Shown here in pieces: positions 1-10,300 of a stretch of 64,000 nt of DNA. Positions within the stretch are counted from its first letter, which is position 1, and each line of letters starts with the position of its first letter. Made by a program: the position numbers and the translations under genes. The DNA lies in the IMG/VR virus record IMGVR_UViG_2541047320_000011, positions 62,001 to 126,000 of that record; one strand, written 5' to 3'. This DNA comes from an uncultured virus (IMG/VR IMGVR_UViG_2541047320_000011) (Duplodnaviria > Heunggongvirae > Uroviricota > Caudoviricetes). The notes below the pieces were generated by a model. The model saw only the letters and a program-made list of their open reading frames with translations, was not told the origin of the DNA and ran no database searches.

Positions 1-35
1 TTATGATATAATAATAAAATAGGAGTGTGAACGGC

Positions 36-338
36 ATGGATGAAAAAATATTAGAATTATTACAAAAAATGGATACTAGATTTGACAGAATCGAAAATAG
101 ACTAGATAGTATGGATGGTCGTTTTGATGGGATTGAAAATCAACTTAGTGATTTAAAAGAAGGTCAAGAAGAAATTAAAAAGAAACTAGACTTAACTTAT
201 AATCAAGTTGCTAGAAACATGGAAGGCATAACAGAAGTTGGAGAAAAAATAGACACTTTAAAAAATGACATGAACTTTGTAGAAATGGCTACATCTAAAA
301 ATTGGAATGAAATAGCAAAGTTAAAATCAATTAAATAG
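36..338 (+). CDS. Heptad-repeat coiled-coil protein
   Basis: Repeats MDTRFDR/IENRLDS/MDGRFDG; SD AGGAG at 21-25. Confidence 0.7.
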   Translation: MDEKILELLQKMDTRFDRIENRLDSMDGRFDGIENQLSDLKEGQEEIKKKLDLTYNQVARNMEGITEVGEKIDTLKNDMNFVEMATSKNWNEIAKLKSIK

Positions 339-346
339 TAATACAT

Positions 347-377
347 AAAAAGACACTTGAATTATTGAGTGTCTTTT
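347..377. terminator. Intrinsic terminator
   Basis: AAAAGACACTTGA..TTGAGTGTCTTTT hairpin after the stop codon. Confidence 0.7.
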
Positions 378-431
378 CTACAAGCTCTTAGTATGGTATT
401 ATTATAGAATAATAATATTGGAGGAGACAAA

Positions 432-623
432 GTGAAATTATATCTATTAAGAGAAATAAGAGAAGAAAAAAAATACTCTCAGGAAGACGTTGCAAGAGGT
501 ATAAACATTTCATTGCGTTCTTATGTAAGAAAAGAAAAAGGAGAACGTGAATTTTCAATATCTGAATTTGAACGATTAATAACTTTTTTGGACATTGATG
601 CAAATACTTTATTAGAAAAATAA
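432..623 (+). CDS. XRE/Cro-family HTH regulator
   Basis: LREIREEKKYSQEDVARGINIS...EKGER HTH_3 pattern. Confidence 0.85.
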   Translation: MKLYLLREIREEKKYSQEDVARGINISLRSYVRKEKGEREFSISEFERLITFLDIDANTLLEK

Positions 624-658
624 TAAAAATTTTTACAAGAATATATGACCGAATAGAC

Positions 659-687
659 TTGACAATATGGTCTTTGTGAATTATAAT
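659..687 (+). promoter_or_regulatory. Consensus sigma-A promoter of ardA
   Basis: TTGACA(659-664)-N17-TATAAT(682-687). Confidence 0.85.
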
Positions 688-766
688 TAAATTAAGAAAA
701 GGGAAAGCTTTAAATAAATATATGACCAAACGGTCATAGAATAATATAAAAAAGGGAGGATATAAA

Positions 767-1480
767 ATGCTAAATATATACATAACTAATTTAGGGAAAT
801 ATAACGAAGGTGAACTAATAGGGGAATGGGCTGAACTTCCAGTAAACGAGGAAGAATTAGAAGAAATATTAGATAGAATAGGGATAAATGAAGAATATGA
901 GGAGTATTTCATAACAGATTTTGAAACAGATATAGAAGGGTTAGAAATAAGTGAACATAGCAATATAGAGCAACTAAATGAATTAGCAAAAGAGCTTGAA
1001 GAGTTAGAAGAATATGAGATTGAACAATTAAAGGCTTTACTTGGATGTGGATACATTGATTTTTATGACATGCTTGAAGGGGATATTTGCAGATTATCAG
1101 GTAATTATACTTTTATACAACTTGATGACAGGTCACTATTGGATGATGAAAATTTAGGACGTAGTTACATAGAAGAAATATGTTGTGGTGATTTATCTTG
1201 TATAGAAAATATTGCTTACTACTTTGACATAGAAGCATTTTCAAGAGATTTACGTTTTGATAGAGATATGATTATTGAAAATTTATACGAAGAAGATATA
1301 GAATATTATGAAAATATGACAGATATTGAATTTGCAGAGAATTATATTGAACGATTAGGAGATATTGAAGAGTTAGGTCAAGAAACACTTGAAAGATACT
1401 TTAATTATGAGCTATATGGAACTGACTTACGTTATGAGAATATTTGTATAGCATCAAATTATTTAGCTATAGTTTCTTAA
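767..1480 (+). CDS. ardA: Antirestriction protein ArdA (DNA mimic)
   Basis: IYITNLGKYNEGELIGEW..LP, EEYFITDFE, YFDIEAFSRDL; very acidic. Confidence 0.92.
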   Translation: MLNIYITNLGKYNEGELIGEWAELPVNEEELEEILDRIGINEEYEEYFITDFETDIEGLEISEHSNIEQLNELAKELEELEEYEIEQLKALLGCGYIDFYDMLEGDICRLSGNYTFIQLDDRSLLDDENLGRSYIEEICCGDLSCIENIAYYFDIEAFSRDLRFDRDMIIENLYEEDIEYYENMTDIEFAENYIERLGDIEELGQETLERYFNYELYGTDLRYENICIASNYLAIVS

Positions 1481-1546
1481 ATAAAAAGTTTTAGGGCGTT
1501 CTTTAAAAACGCCACTTCCAATAAAAAATTGAAAGGGGAATAAATC

Positions 1547-1687
1547 ATGAAAAAATTAATAATTAAGATAAAATCATTGTTTAAAAAGGATTTAGATAGT
1601 AGCTATTGGAGTACTACAGAAAGTATTATTTTAAAATGTGGAAACAGCAATCAATTAGAATTATTGAAACAAGCTAATAAATTATAA
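1547..1687 (+). CDS. Small hypothetical protein (46 aa)
   Basis: ATG after SD AAGGGG; below the ORF-track cutoff. Confidence 0.5.
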   Translation: MKKLIIKIKSLFKKDLDSSYWSTTESIILKCGNSNQLELLKQANKL

Positions 1688-1699
1688 GGAGGTAATAAC

Positions 1700-1936
1700 A
1701 TGATAAATTATTCTGAATATATGACGGCAACAGATTTAATAAATATATGTGACCTTTTAGAAGGTAAAATAATAGGAGAAGCAGGAACTTATAATTCTTT
1801 AAGTACTAGACTAGGAAACTTAATCGGATTAGATTGGGCTTTAAAAGGAGAAGAATTGAGACAGCAATTAATACAAAATATTAATAATATGATGTATTTA
1901 GATAATAAAAATAAAATGCAATATAAAGAATTTTAA
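1700..1936 (+). CDS. Hypothetical protein
   Basis: ORF with AGGAGG SD. Confidence 0.7.
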   Translation: MINYSEYMTATDLINICDLLEGKIIGEAGTYNSLSTRLGNLIGLDWALKGEELRQQLIQNINNMMYLDNKNKMQYKEF

Positions 1937-1970
1937 ATAAAAAATAATTAATTTATAGGAGGAAAATAAA

Positions 1971-2666
1971 ATGAATAAAATAATCGTATTTTATGATATA
2001 AAAGGGTATCCAGTTTTTCAAGTTCTTGTAAGAAATGTAAAAAAATATACTAGACAAAATATAATATTTGAATTGGTAGAGGATTATATTAAAAATAATA
2101 TAGATGAAATTGATTTAAAAGACGAAGAAATATATAGTAGTGTAAGTTTGAAGGTTTGGACTATATCAGACGCAGCAATATACAATACCTTATTTGATTT
2201 AAGATTAGATTACAATAAATTAATTGAAAGCGAAGAAGAGAACACTGATAATAAGGAATGTGTAAAAGAATTGTTTTGTATAGGTAAAGGATGTAAATGG
2301 ATGGAAACAGTTTTATTATTAAGACAAAATAAAATTGACTCTTTGCAATATAACATTTTAACAATAAATAATTATACATATGTAAAAGCATGGACAGAGC
2401 AGTGCAAAAAGATATTACTGGCTAATAACTATTCTAAAGTATTTAAATTTAATGAGATAATGAAGGATTGTGATAATAATTTAATTGGGGATATATGTTT
2501 TAAATATAATAACAAGGAATATAAGCATAAGTTTACATTTAATATAAAAAAAGATAAGTTAGTAAATATAGATTGTGAATATAAAATACCTTTTTTAAGA
2601 TATGTTTTTAATGATATAGAAAATTTTTTAATAAGATATTCAGAAAATATAAGTAACTTAAAATAA
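1971..2666 (+). CDS. Hypothetical protein
   Basis: ORF with AGGAGG SD. Confidence 0.75.
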   Translation: MNKIIVFYDIKGYPVFQVLVRNVKKYTRQNIIFELVEDYIKNNIDEIDLKDEEIYSSVSLKVWTISDAAIYNTLFDLRLDYNKLIESEEENTDNKECVKELFCIGKGCKWMETVLLLRQNKIDSLQYNILTINNYTYVKAWTEQCKKILLANNYSKVFKFNEIMKDCDNNLIGDICFKYNNKEYKHKFTFNIKKDKLVNIDCEYKIPFLRYVFNDIENFLIRYSENISNLK

Positions 2667-2679
2667 TAGGAGGAAAAAT

Positions 2680-3438
2680 ATGAATAATTTAATGGTATTT
2701 GAAGGTAAAGAGGTAGAAATATTTGAACTTGATGGGAAGGTTTTATTCAATCCAAAGCATGTAGCAGAGTGTTTAGATATAAAAAATGTAAATGAAAATT
2801 TGAGAAATATGAACCAAAAGCAAGTAATTAAGCTAACTAATTCGGATATCAGTTTAACTGACATCCGAAAACTAAATAATGCAGGAGAAAACTTTCTAAC
2901 AGAAAGTGGAGTATATAAATTAATTTTTAAATCTAAAAAGAAAAAGGCTGAAAAATTTCAAGATTGGGTAGTGGATGAGGTATTACCAAATATCCGTAAA
3001 CATGGTTCATTTAGTATTAATCCTAACAACATAAAAGACGTATTAATGCCAGTAATGTTAAATGGTATGTTGGCAGGATTTGAACAATTATCAATCGAAA
3101 ATGATAAAAAGATAGACACTAGATTTAATCAGATAGAAACTAAATTAGATATGAAATATGAAAAACAAGATAGACAATTCCAAGAAATGAAAGATATGGT
3201 GGGATTAAAATCTAAAAATATAAGAACATTATCAACGTTACTAAAAATAAGATTGTCAGAATTAAAAGGATATAATATAAATGCTTATAACTACGACTAT
3301 AGAACTGTAGTTGCAAGACTATTCTCAATATACAATGTTGAGAAGTGGGAGGATATACCTATTGATAAATTTAACGAGATACATGCAATGATAGATGGAA
3401 TAGAAAGTATGGAAGATATTTATAGTTGGAATAATTAG
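2680..3438 (+). CDS. Bro-N domain antirepressor-like protein
   Basis: FNPKHVAECL, FLTESGVYKLIFKS, AEKFQDWVVDEVLPNIRKHG. Confidence 0.9.
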   Translation: MNNLMVFEGKEVEIFELDGKVLFNPKHVAECLDIKNVNENLRNMNQKQVIKLTNSDISLTDIRKLNNAGENFLTESGVYKLIFKSKKKKAEKFQDWVVDEVLPNIRKHGSFSINPNNIKDVLMPVMLNGMLAGFEQLSIENDKKIDTRFNQIETKLDMKYEKQDRQFQEMKDMVGLKSKNIRTLSTLLKIRLSELKGYNINAYNYDYRTVVARLFSIYNVEKWEDIPIDKFNEIHAMIDGIESMEDIYSWNN

Positions 3439-3450
3439 GAGGTGTTGGAA

Positions 3451-3789
3451 ATGAGTATAATAAAATCATCAAAAAAATTTGATGGGAATACACTACAAAG
3501 AAATACACAAAGAATAAAAATGATAAAACGTATAAAAGAGGATAATAACTTGTCAGATGTAATTAAAATGTTCTTTGAAAATGTAAAAGAGTATAATCTA
3601 TATAGCGTAAAATATATAATAGAAAATGAGTTATTTTATGAAATTGTTTCTATTGACATAATTTATAAGTATATAAAATATATTAATATATTTGAAGATA
3701 TACAAAATGATTTTGAAAGAATTTATAGATTAAAAGCACAAAATGGTTTTAGAAGAACTATAGACTATTTAATTAATCAAAATTATTGA
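3451..3789 (+). CDS. Hypothetical protein, paralog of 13592-13930
   Basis: MSIIKSSKKFDGN...LKAQNGFRRTIDYL. Confidence 0.75.
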   Translation: MSIIKSSKKFDGNTLQRNTQRIKMIKRIKEDNNLSDVIKMFFENVKEYNLYSVKYIIENELFYEIVSIDIIYKYIKYINIFEDIQNDFERIYRLKAQNGFRRTIDYLINQNY

Positions 3790-3839
3790 TAAGATAAACT
3801 AAATAAAATTCAACTTTTAATATAAATGGAGGATTTGAA

Positions 3840-4202
3840 ATGGATAAATATTTAATTGGTTGTATAGGTAATTGCTTAAGAAATATAAAAATAATAAAAA
3901 CTAGATTTTTTTTAATAGATAATAATAACATTGAAGATGTCACACTAAAGTTATGCAAAGGAGTAGAGCATATAGCACCATTTAGATATAAATATGGATT
4001 AGCAAATTATAGTTTTGGTTGTGGTTTATCTCATTATTTAGATACATATAATTTAAACACTGTAAATGGATTGGATTTAAATAATACACATTTAATAATG
4101 TTTACTTTAAATGATTTAAAAAATATAGTAGGGTGTAAAACTGTCTTTGATATAGATGTAGAAGAAAAACTATTAAACTATATAAAGAATTGTTACATAT
4201 GA
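3840..4202 (+). CDS. Hypothetical protein
   Basis: ORF with GGAGG SD, flanked by TAAAA-N6-TTTTA sites. Confidence 0.7.
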   Translation: MDKYLIGCIGNCLRNIKIIKTRFFLIDNNNIEDVTLKLCKGVEHIAPFRYKYGLANYSFGCGLSHYLDTYNLNTVNGLDLNNTHLIMFTLNDLKNIVGCKTVFDIDVEEKLLNYIKNCYI

Positions 4203-4255
4203 AAATACAAGTACTTAAAATATTAATTTTAATATAAAATTAGGAGGGCGTAAAA

Positions 4256-4558
4256 ATGAAAAGAACATATAGAACAAAAGAGGAAACAATTGAATACTTT
4301 AGAATAATAGCATCTAGTTATAAGAAAGACGCAGATATAAATAATAATGAAGTAGCAAAGGGGCAAGTTGAAGCATGGGAGATGGCAGCGTTTGAACTGG
4401 AAAGAACCACTAAAACAAAAAATGAAATAGTTAAATATTTTAAACAATTAGAGTTTGAATACGAGAGATATGCATATAGAAACGAGGATGAAATAGCAAA
4501 AGGACAAGCTGAGGCATATGGATTGGTAGCGTTTCAGATAGAAAGAAATATGAAATAA
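4256..4558 (+). CDS. Hypothetical protein with two ~47-aa internal repeats
   Basis: EVAKGQVEAWEMAAFELER / EIAKGQAEAYGLVAFQIER. Confidence 0.75.
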   Translation: MKRTYRTKEETIEYFRIIASSYKKDADINNNEVAKGQVEAWEMAAFELERTTKTKNEIVKYFKQLEFEYERYAYRNEDEIAKGQAEAYGLVAFQIERNMK

Positions 4559-4606
4559 CAACATTTAAATACAAATTGGAGGTTTACAAAATGACTATAG
4601 AAGAAT

Positions 4607-4861
4607 GTGAAAATAGAAGATGTTATGAGAAATGCTATAGAGTGGGCTAATGGTAATGAATGTATGGAATTATATATACTAGATATATTTATTATTAGTG
4701 AATACTTAGACATAAAAATACCAACTTGTTTTGAAAATAATTTTATTGCAACAAAAAATATAAATCAGATAACTACGACTGGAGCAGAAAAAACAATCTT
4801 TAAAATATTAGATAAGATTAAAATTAAATTATTAAAATGTAAGATGGAAAATTATTTATAA
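4607..4861 (+). CDS. Hypothetical protein (5' end uncertain)
   Basis: ORF; the SD-linked ATG at 4591 is out of frame. Confidence 0.5.
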   Translation: MKIEDVMRNAIEWANGNECMELYILDIFIISEYLDIKIPTCFENNFIATKNINQITTTGAEKTIFKILDKIKIKLLKCKMENYL

Positions 4862-4930
4862 TACTTAAAGACAAATGGAGCATTGAAGTGTATAAAAGAA
4901 TGATTTTAATATAAATTAGGAGGGTCAAAG

Positions 4931-5242
4931 ATGAAGGAATCTAAAAGTAAATTAAATATAATAATTGAGTTAATTAAGAAAATAATGTTAGAAGAAGATT
5001 ATGTAAATATAAATGAATATCTTTGTTTAGAAAAAACATGGAATGGAGAAACAAGCAATAGTGTTCTTATTGATTTGTATAATAACACTAATATATATGT
5101 AAAAACAAATGGTGATTATAAATATATTAGTATGGATAGTGCCAAAGATGGAGATTGGAAGGATTACGATATAAAAGACATTTATGAATATGAAGATACT
5201 ATAATTAAATATTTGGAAGATTATATAAATAGGAGTATTTAA
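4931..5242 (+). CDS. Hypothetical protein
   Basis: ORF with AGGAGG SD; stop codon is the TAA of a TAAAA-N6-TTTTA site. Confidence 0.7.
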   Translation: MKESKSKLNIIIELIKKIMLEEDYVNINEYLCLEKTWNGETSNSVLIDLYNNTNIYVKTNGDYKYISMDSAKDGDWKDYDIKDIYEYEDTIIKYLEDYINRSI

Positions 5243-5361
5243 AATTATATTTTTAATATGATATATGAGTTATCAAATCGCTATTGTTATAGCTATATTA
5301 TTATAATTCAAATGATAATGATAGTGATTTGATAAAAGGGTTTTAAAGATTATAAAAATCA

Positions 5362-5420
5362 AAAGGTATAAATACATTAAGATGATTTTTAAACAGCTTA
5401 TAGAGGCTTGTACGAGGTCA
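5362..5420 (+). repeat. 59-bp dispersed element, divergent copy
   Basis: Ungapped similarity to 35795-35853(-) and 61771-61829(+). Confidence 0.55.
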
Positions 5421-5446
5421 TAATTATAAACTAGGAGGATATAAAA

Positions 5447-5944
5447 ATGAAATTTAAAAATATAGTTATGGGAATAGTATTGGGTTTAATTCTTGTTGGA
5501 GTTGCAGGAGCAACAAAAGTTAAGGCTGCCGAATTAGATAATTTTTATGTAGAAACTACAGACAGAGTTATTGAAGTTTTAGAAGATGAAAGTGTAGTTT
5601 TATATGATACTAAAGAGCAAGTTTATAATTTCTATCCTAAATCTTTAGGTGATTGGAACTATAGTTTTGATAATAAAAAAGATTTAGATAGAGCAGTTGC
5701 AACTTACAAAGAGCTGTCAAACAATATAAGTCACTCAAAGGATGTGTATGTGATTAATAAGTTGAATAACAATGGAAACATTAAAGTATTTTTAAGTGAT
5801 GGAAGTTCAATTGTTTATATAAAACAGGATAATAAATATTACTTTTATCCTTCTTGTATGGGTGATTGGTATTTAACATTAGATAGTAAAATTGATTTAA
5901 GTAATTGTGTTGGCACTTATTTTGATAATGAGGTGACAATATGA
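5447..5944 (+). CDS. Secreted protein with two internal repeats
   Basis: Signal peptide ending VKA; YNFYPKSLGDW / YYFYPSCMGDW repeats. Confidence 0.75.
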   Translation: MKFKNIVMGIVLGLILVGVAGATKVKAAELDNFYVETTDRVIEVLEDESVVLYDTKEQVYNFYPKSLGDWNYSFDNKKDLDRAVATYKELSNNISHSKDVYVINKLNNNGNIKVFLSDGSSIVYIKQDNKYYFYPSCMGDWYLTLDSKIDLSNCVGTYFDNEVTI

Positions 5945-6095
5945 TACGCTATATAAAAGATATATATAATATAAGTTTAGAAGATGCTAATATGTTATCA
6001 AAAAAGGGATTTTGTTTTATTATAAAAGATGGTAAATTAAGAGGTTTTAAAATTGAAAAAACAAATAAAAATCAATATATACAGGAGGGAATAAA

Positions 6096-6662
6096 ATGAA
6101 AAAATTTTTAAACTATATTAATGAGGAAAATTATGATTATTTTGTGAATGCTAATACTAAAGAGGAATTGGAAAATAAAATCCAAGAATATTTAAATGAT
6201 GAAGATTTAGATATTGAGGATTTAGACATAAATTGGACTGGGAAAGGAGAATATTGCTTAGTTGGTAAAAACTTTGGGGTAAATATTATATGTAAAGTTG
6301 AGGAATGTGTTGAAAATGAATTAGATAACTTTGAATTTCCTTTTAACTTAAATTTAGATATATTTAATAATTTTGATAAATGGGTAAAAGAAATCAAAGA
6401 AACTGAAAAGTACAAGTATATATATTTAATAAATCATAATAGACATGTAGTTACACCAAACGAATACCAAATAGAGTACATTTTATATTCTAATAAAGAA
6501 ATAAATAATCCTATAGAATATTTATTGAATGAAGAAGATTTATTTATAGGAGAGTTTGGAGAATTTGGAGCAAATTATTTTGTTGAAGAATTAGAAGATT
6601 TTAGTATAGAATGTTTGACTCAATATAAAGTAAGTGAAGATTTAAAAACAATAAGAAACTAA
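6096..6662 (+). CDS. Acidic hypothetical protein
   Basis: ORF with AGGAGG SD. Confidence 0.7.
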   Translation: MKKFLNYINEENYDYFVNANTKEELENKIQEYLNDEDLDIEDLDINWTGKGEYCLVGKNFGVNIICKVEECVENELDNFEFPFNLNLDIFNNFDKWVKEIKETEKYKYIYLINHNRHVVTPNEYQIEYILYSNKEINNPIEYLLNEEDLFIGEFGEFGANYFVEELEDFSIECLTQYKVSEDLKTIRN

Positions 6663-6764
6663 GATATTAATAGGTTTATGAAAGATGATATAATCTAAAT
6701 TAAAAGATACATTATTTCAAGTATATGTATCTTTTAATTTAAGTAAAGAAATGAGGATTTTAAA

Positions 6765-8195
6765 ATGGAGCAGGAATTAAATCTAATACCATTTTTAGCG
6801 GAAGCATTATCAATTAACAAGAAGTGTTATAGTATTATAGATAAGTATTATAGTAAAGATAAATTAAAATACATGGATTTAGCCAAAGAGAGTGTTTTTT
6901 ACAATTCAAAGATTGCTGGTGAGGGAAGTATAATTCAAGAATATTATTTCAAAAAAGCATTAGGCATATTATCAAGTCAAGAAAATGAGACTATATTTGA
7001 AATATATAAATTTGGTTATAAAGTTGCATATAATTATGTAAATTCTATACAAATTTTTAAAGCAAGTAATTTTCTTAAAAAACTATTGAGTAAAGTTAAT
7101 GATTTTAGCGATGATGAATTAAATGGCAATATGTTAGTAGCAATTTCTTTATGTGGAGCATTAGAAAAAGAAGTTGATAGCTCAGATATTATATATAAAA
7201 AAATAATTGATGGATTATTTTTACGAAATGATAGTTATAGTAGAGAAGTATTATCTATAGACAATTTAGATAAAAAGTATAAAAAGATACTTAGTAAAAT
7301 TGAATTAAAGCTAAAATCACTGTACTTAAAAGAATATATACCAAGTTCTTATGTTTTGAATATAGATGCTACAAAAGGATATGAAGGAAATAATTTAACC
7401 TTTTTAGAGAAACAGATATTGGGACTAGATTATATATCTAATTTAGAAGGGATAACATTAATTTCTATTGTTGGAAAAGATATATTTAAATCTAAGCAAA
7501 TACAAGAATTAATTCTAGCATATTGTAATTTACAAGATAATATAGAAGATGAAAATAGCATAAATTATGAGGATTTATTTAGATTTATAATTCCAGCAAT
7601 TGATTTACGCTACTGGGCTAGAGAATATAAAAAAGCAAAGCAATTTTTCTTTAATAATTTTGATGAAGAATTAAAAGAATCTATAGAAGAAAAAGATATT
7701 GAATTAATTACTTTAAAAAAAGAAAATTCTTTATTAAGAGAAGAAAATAAAAACATAAAATTAGAATTGGAATTATTGCAAAAAGACAAACTTAGATTAG
7801 AAAATGAAATCAAAGCACAAATTACATCCAAAGAAGAATTGGTTCAATTAAGAAATTTTATGTTTAGCAAACAACAGGAATATATTGAAAATATTCCCAC
7901 TGATGAAAGAGATTTGAAAAACATAAAAGCGATAATTTTTGGAGGACATCCAAATTGGATTTTAAAAATGAAAGATAAATTAATTAACTTTGAATTTATA
8001 TCAGCAGAAACAATTAATTTTGATGTAAATATATTGAATAGTTATGAGTATGTTTTTATAAATACTAATTATGTAGGACATGCAATGTATTACAAAATTA
8101 TAGAAAATCTAAACGAAAATAATAAACTTAGATATATAAATAATATAAATATAGATAGAGCAATAAGAGATATAAAAGATGCTATTAAAATTTAA
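6765..8195 (+). CDS. Coiled-coil protein with C-terminal DUF2325-like domain
   Basis: Coiled coil followed by IIFGGHPNW...NYVGHAMYYKI. Confidence 0.6.
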   Translation: MEQELNLIPFLAEALSINKKCYSIIDKYYSKDKLKYMDLAKESVFYNSKIAGEGSIIQEYYFKKALGILSSQENETIFEIYKFGYKVAYNYVNSIQIFKASNFLKKLLSKVNDFSDDELNGNMLVAISLCGALEKEVDSSDIIYKKIIDGLFLRNDSYSREVLSIDNLDKKYKKILSKIELKLKSLYLKEYIPSSYVLNIDATKGYEGNNLTFLEKQILGLDYISNLEGITLISIVGKDIFKSKQIQELILAYCNLQDNIEDENSINYEDLFRFIIPAIDLRYWAREYKKAKQFFFNNFDEELKESIEEKDIELITLKKENSLLREENKNIKLELELLQKDKLRLENEIKAQITSKEELVQLRNFMFSKQQEYIENIPTDERDLKNIKAIIFGGHPNWILKMKDKLINFEFISAETINFDVNILNSYEYVFINTNYVGHAMYYKIIENLNENNKLRYINNINIDRAIRDIKDAIKI

Positions 8196-8205
8196 GGAGC
8201 GTATT

Positions 8206-8574
8206 ATGATTGATATAGATACAAATAAAAGAATAAAAGAAATAAGGGAAGATATAAATTTATCACAACAAAAATTCGGAGAAAAGCTTGGTGTGAGTAG
8301 AGATGTTATAAGTAATATAGAAAATAATAGAGTAGAAGTTAAAACAGTATTTATTACTCATATGTGTGAGGTTTTTAGTGTTAATCAAGTGTGGTTAGAA
8401 ACTGGTGAGGGGAGGAAGTTTATTGAACAAGAATGTGATATTGTTTTAGGAGAAGTTTTTGCTAATATAACTGTATCTAAAAATGAAAATTTAAAAGAAT
8501 TGATTATAAATATTTCTAAATTAAATGATACATATATAAATAATTTAAATGAGATTGTAAAAGGTCTAATTTAA
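8206..8574 (+). CDS. XRE-family regulator (1 of 4 tandem)
   Basis: RIKEIRE..LSQQKFGEKLGVSRDVISNIE...WLETGEG. Confidence 0.9.
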   Translation: MIDIDTNKRIKEIREDINLSQQKFGEKLGVSRDVISNIENNRVEVKTVFITHMCEVFSVNQVWLETGEGRKFIEQECDIVLGEVFANITVSKNENLKELIINISKLNDTYINNLNEIVKGLI

Positions 8575-8593
8575 ATAGTGGGAGGTATTATAA

Positions 8594-8974
8594 TTGTCTG
8601 ATGAAACTATAAGCACAAGAATTAGAAAGATAAGGAAAGATGCTAATTTATCTCAACCAGCTTTTGGGGAAAAACTAAGCGTCAGTAAAGATGTTATAAG
8701 TAATATAGAGTATGATAGGGTTGAACCCAAACCTTTACTTATTAATCATTTATGTAGTGTATTTAATATTAATAAGGAATGGCTTATAAATGGTACAGGT
8801 GATATGTATGTTTCTGTAGAAGATGATATTTATTCAACTTTAGGCGAAGTATTCTATAAGATAGCTAGTTCAAAGGATGAAAATTTAAAAGAGCTAATAA
8901 TTAACATTTCTAAATTAGATGCTACATACATAGCGTCTTTGAATGAGATTGTAAAAAGGTCAATACAGAGGTGA
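8594..8974 (+). CDS. XRE-family regulator (2 of 4)
   Basis: LSQPAFGEKLSVSKDVISNIE...INKEWLINGTGDM. Confidence 0.9.
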   Translation: MSDETISTRIRKIRKDANLSQPAFGEKLSVSKDVISNIEYDRVEPKPLLINHLCSVFNINKEWLINGTGDMYVSVEDDIYSTLGEVFYKIASSKDENLKELIINISKLDATYIASLNEIVKRSIQR

Positions 8975-8979
8975 TATTA

Positions 8980-9330
8980 ATGTGCGATATAGGCAAGAGA
9001 ATTAAAATCTTAATAGAAAATGAAAAAATAAAACAAGTTGAGTTTGCAAACAAGATAAAAGTTGACCCATCTTATATATCTAAGTTTCTATCAGATAAAT
9101 CTAAAGTAATACCTAGTGATAGATTAATAGATGATATTTGTAGTACATTCAATGTTAATAAAGAATGGCTTAAAAATGGAGATGGAGAAATGTACATAGA
9201 AAATAAGTATAGTAGGAATATTTCAGAAGCGACTGACTTATTAATGGAACTTTCAATTGAATTTCAAGAATGTGCGATTAATCAAATTAAAGAATTAATA
9301 AAATTGCAACAATCATTAAAAAGTAGGTGA
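8980..9330 (+). CDS. XRE-family regulator (3 of 4)
   Basis: KQVEFANKIKVDPSYISK...VNKEWLKNGDGEM. Confidence 0.88.
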   Translation: MCDIGKRIKILIENEKIKQVEFANKIKVDPSYISKFLSDKSKVIPSDRLIDDICSTFNVNKEWLKNGDGEMYIENKYSRNISEATDLLMELSIEFQECAINQIKELIKLQQSLKSR

Positions 9331-9335
9331 GGTTA

Positions 9336-9833
9336 ATGTCTGAAAAAGATGGAATTATAAGATTAAATTTAATAGAATTAAGAAAGATTTTAAAACTTAC
9401 ACAAGAACAAATGTCTGCATCATTAAAAATAAGTCGCTCAAATTATGGAAATATTGAAACTGGCAAAGTAGGGTTGACTGAACGTGTTAAATCAGATATT
9501 TGTGATATATATAATGTTAATAAAAAATGGTTAGAGATTGGAAGTGGTGAAGTTTTTGTAGAGATGTCTGAAAAGGACAAAATTAAACAAGTTGAAAGTA
9601 AACTTAAAGAAGTAGATAGTAAACTACTTAATACAATACTTTTACTTACAAATATTTCAATTCCAAAAGATAAATTGAATGAAAAAGAGATTAACAGAAA
9701 TGAAAAATATATTGAACTGATAAACATATTTACACAACTTACACCAGATTTTCAGAATTATGCCTTACATCAAATAAAAGAATTACAAAAACTACAAATT
9801 TCATTTATTAAAGACGTTAAAAATGAAAAATAA
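9336..9833 (+). CDS. XRE-family regulator (4 of 4)
   Basis: LTQEQMSASLKISRSNYGNIETG...VNKKWLEIGSGEV. Confidence 0.88.
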   Translation: MSEKDGIIRLNLIELRKILKLTQEQMSASLKISRSNYGNIETGKVGLTERVKSDICDIYNVNKKWLEIGSGEVFVEMSEKDKIKQVESKLKEVDSKLLNTILLLTNISIPKDKLNEKEINRNEKYIELINIFTQLTPDFQNYALHQIKELQKLQISFIKDVKNEK

Positions 9834-9858
9834 TTTTAAAATAAAAGGAGTGATTTAT

Positions 9859-10191
9859 ATGAAAAAGTATTTTAAAGAAGAATGGAACTATATTGCTGAT
9901 GCAGGATATTAAATAGACAACATAGAAAGCACTAAGATAATGGTAGATGATTTTGAAGTAAGCATAAAAATGAGTGAAGATTTTAAACATAAAGGTGACA
10001 TAGAATATACTTTTAATATCCCATATTACCATGAAATTTTTACAAAAGAATATAGTGAAGTTTTAAATTTAGAACAACCTTGTGATTGTGACGAATTTTG
10101 CGACGAGTTATCAGAGCTAAGATGTGAAATTGAAGAAGGAATTGAGAAGTATCTAAAAGATAATAATAAATTAGTGGAAATAGAATATTAG
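9859..10191 (+). pseudogene. Hypothetical gene with in-frame nonsense codon
   Basis: SD plus ATG 9859 is in frame with ORF 9940-10191; TAA at 9910-9912. Confidence 0.6.
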
Positions 10192-10300
10192 ATATAATTT
10201 AATTAATTTTTAAAAGTTATAAAGCCTAAAAAACTGTATTATTAAGATGCAGTTTTTTAATATAAAAGACATTAAAATAACCATTTTAAAAGGAGAAAAA

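Noticed and set aside
388..1056. 222-aa minus-strand ORF and the many other short minus-strand ORFs
   Set aside because: Ser/Ile/Phe-rich antisense shadows of well-supported + strand genes
5271..5335. Long imperfect hairpin as a possible ncRNA or riboswitch
   Set aside because: No recognisable family motif; most simply a terminator-like inverted repeat
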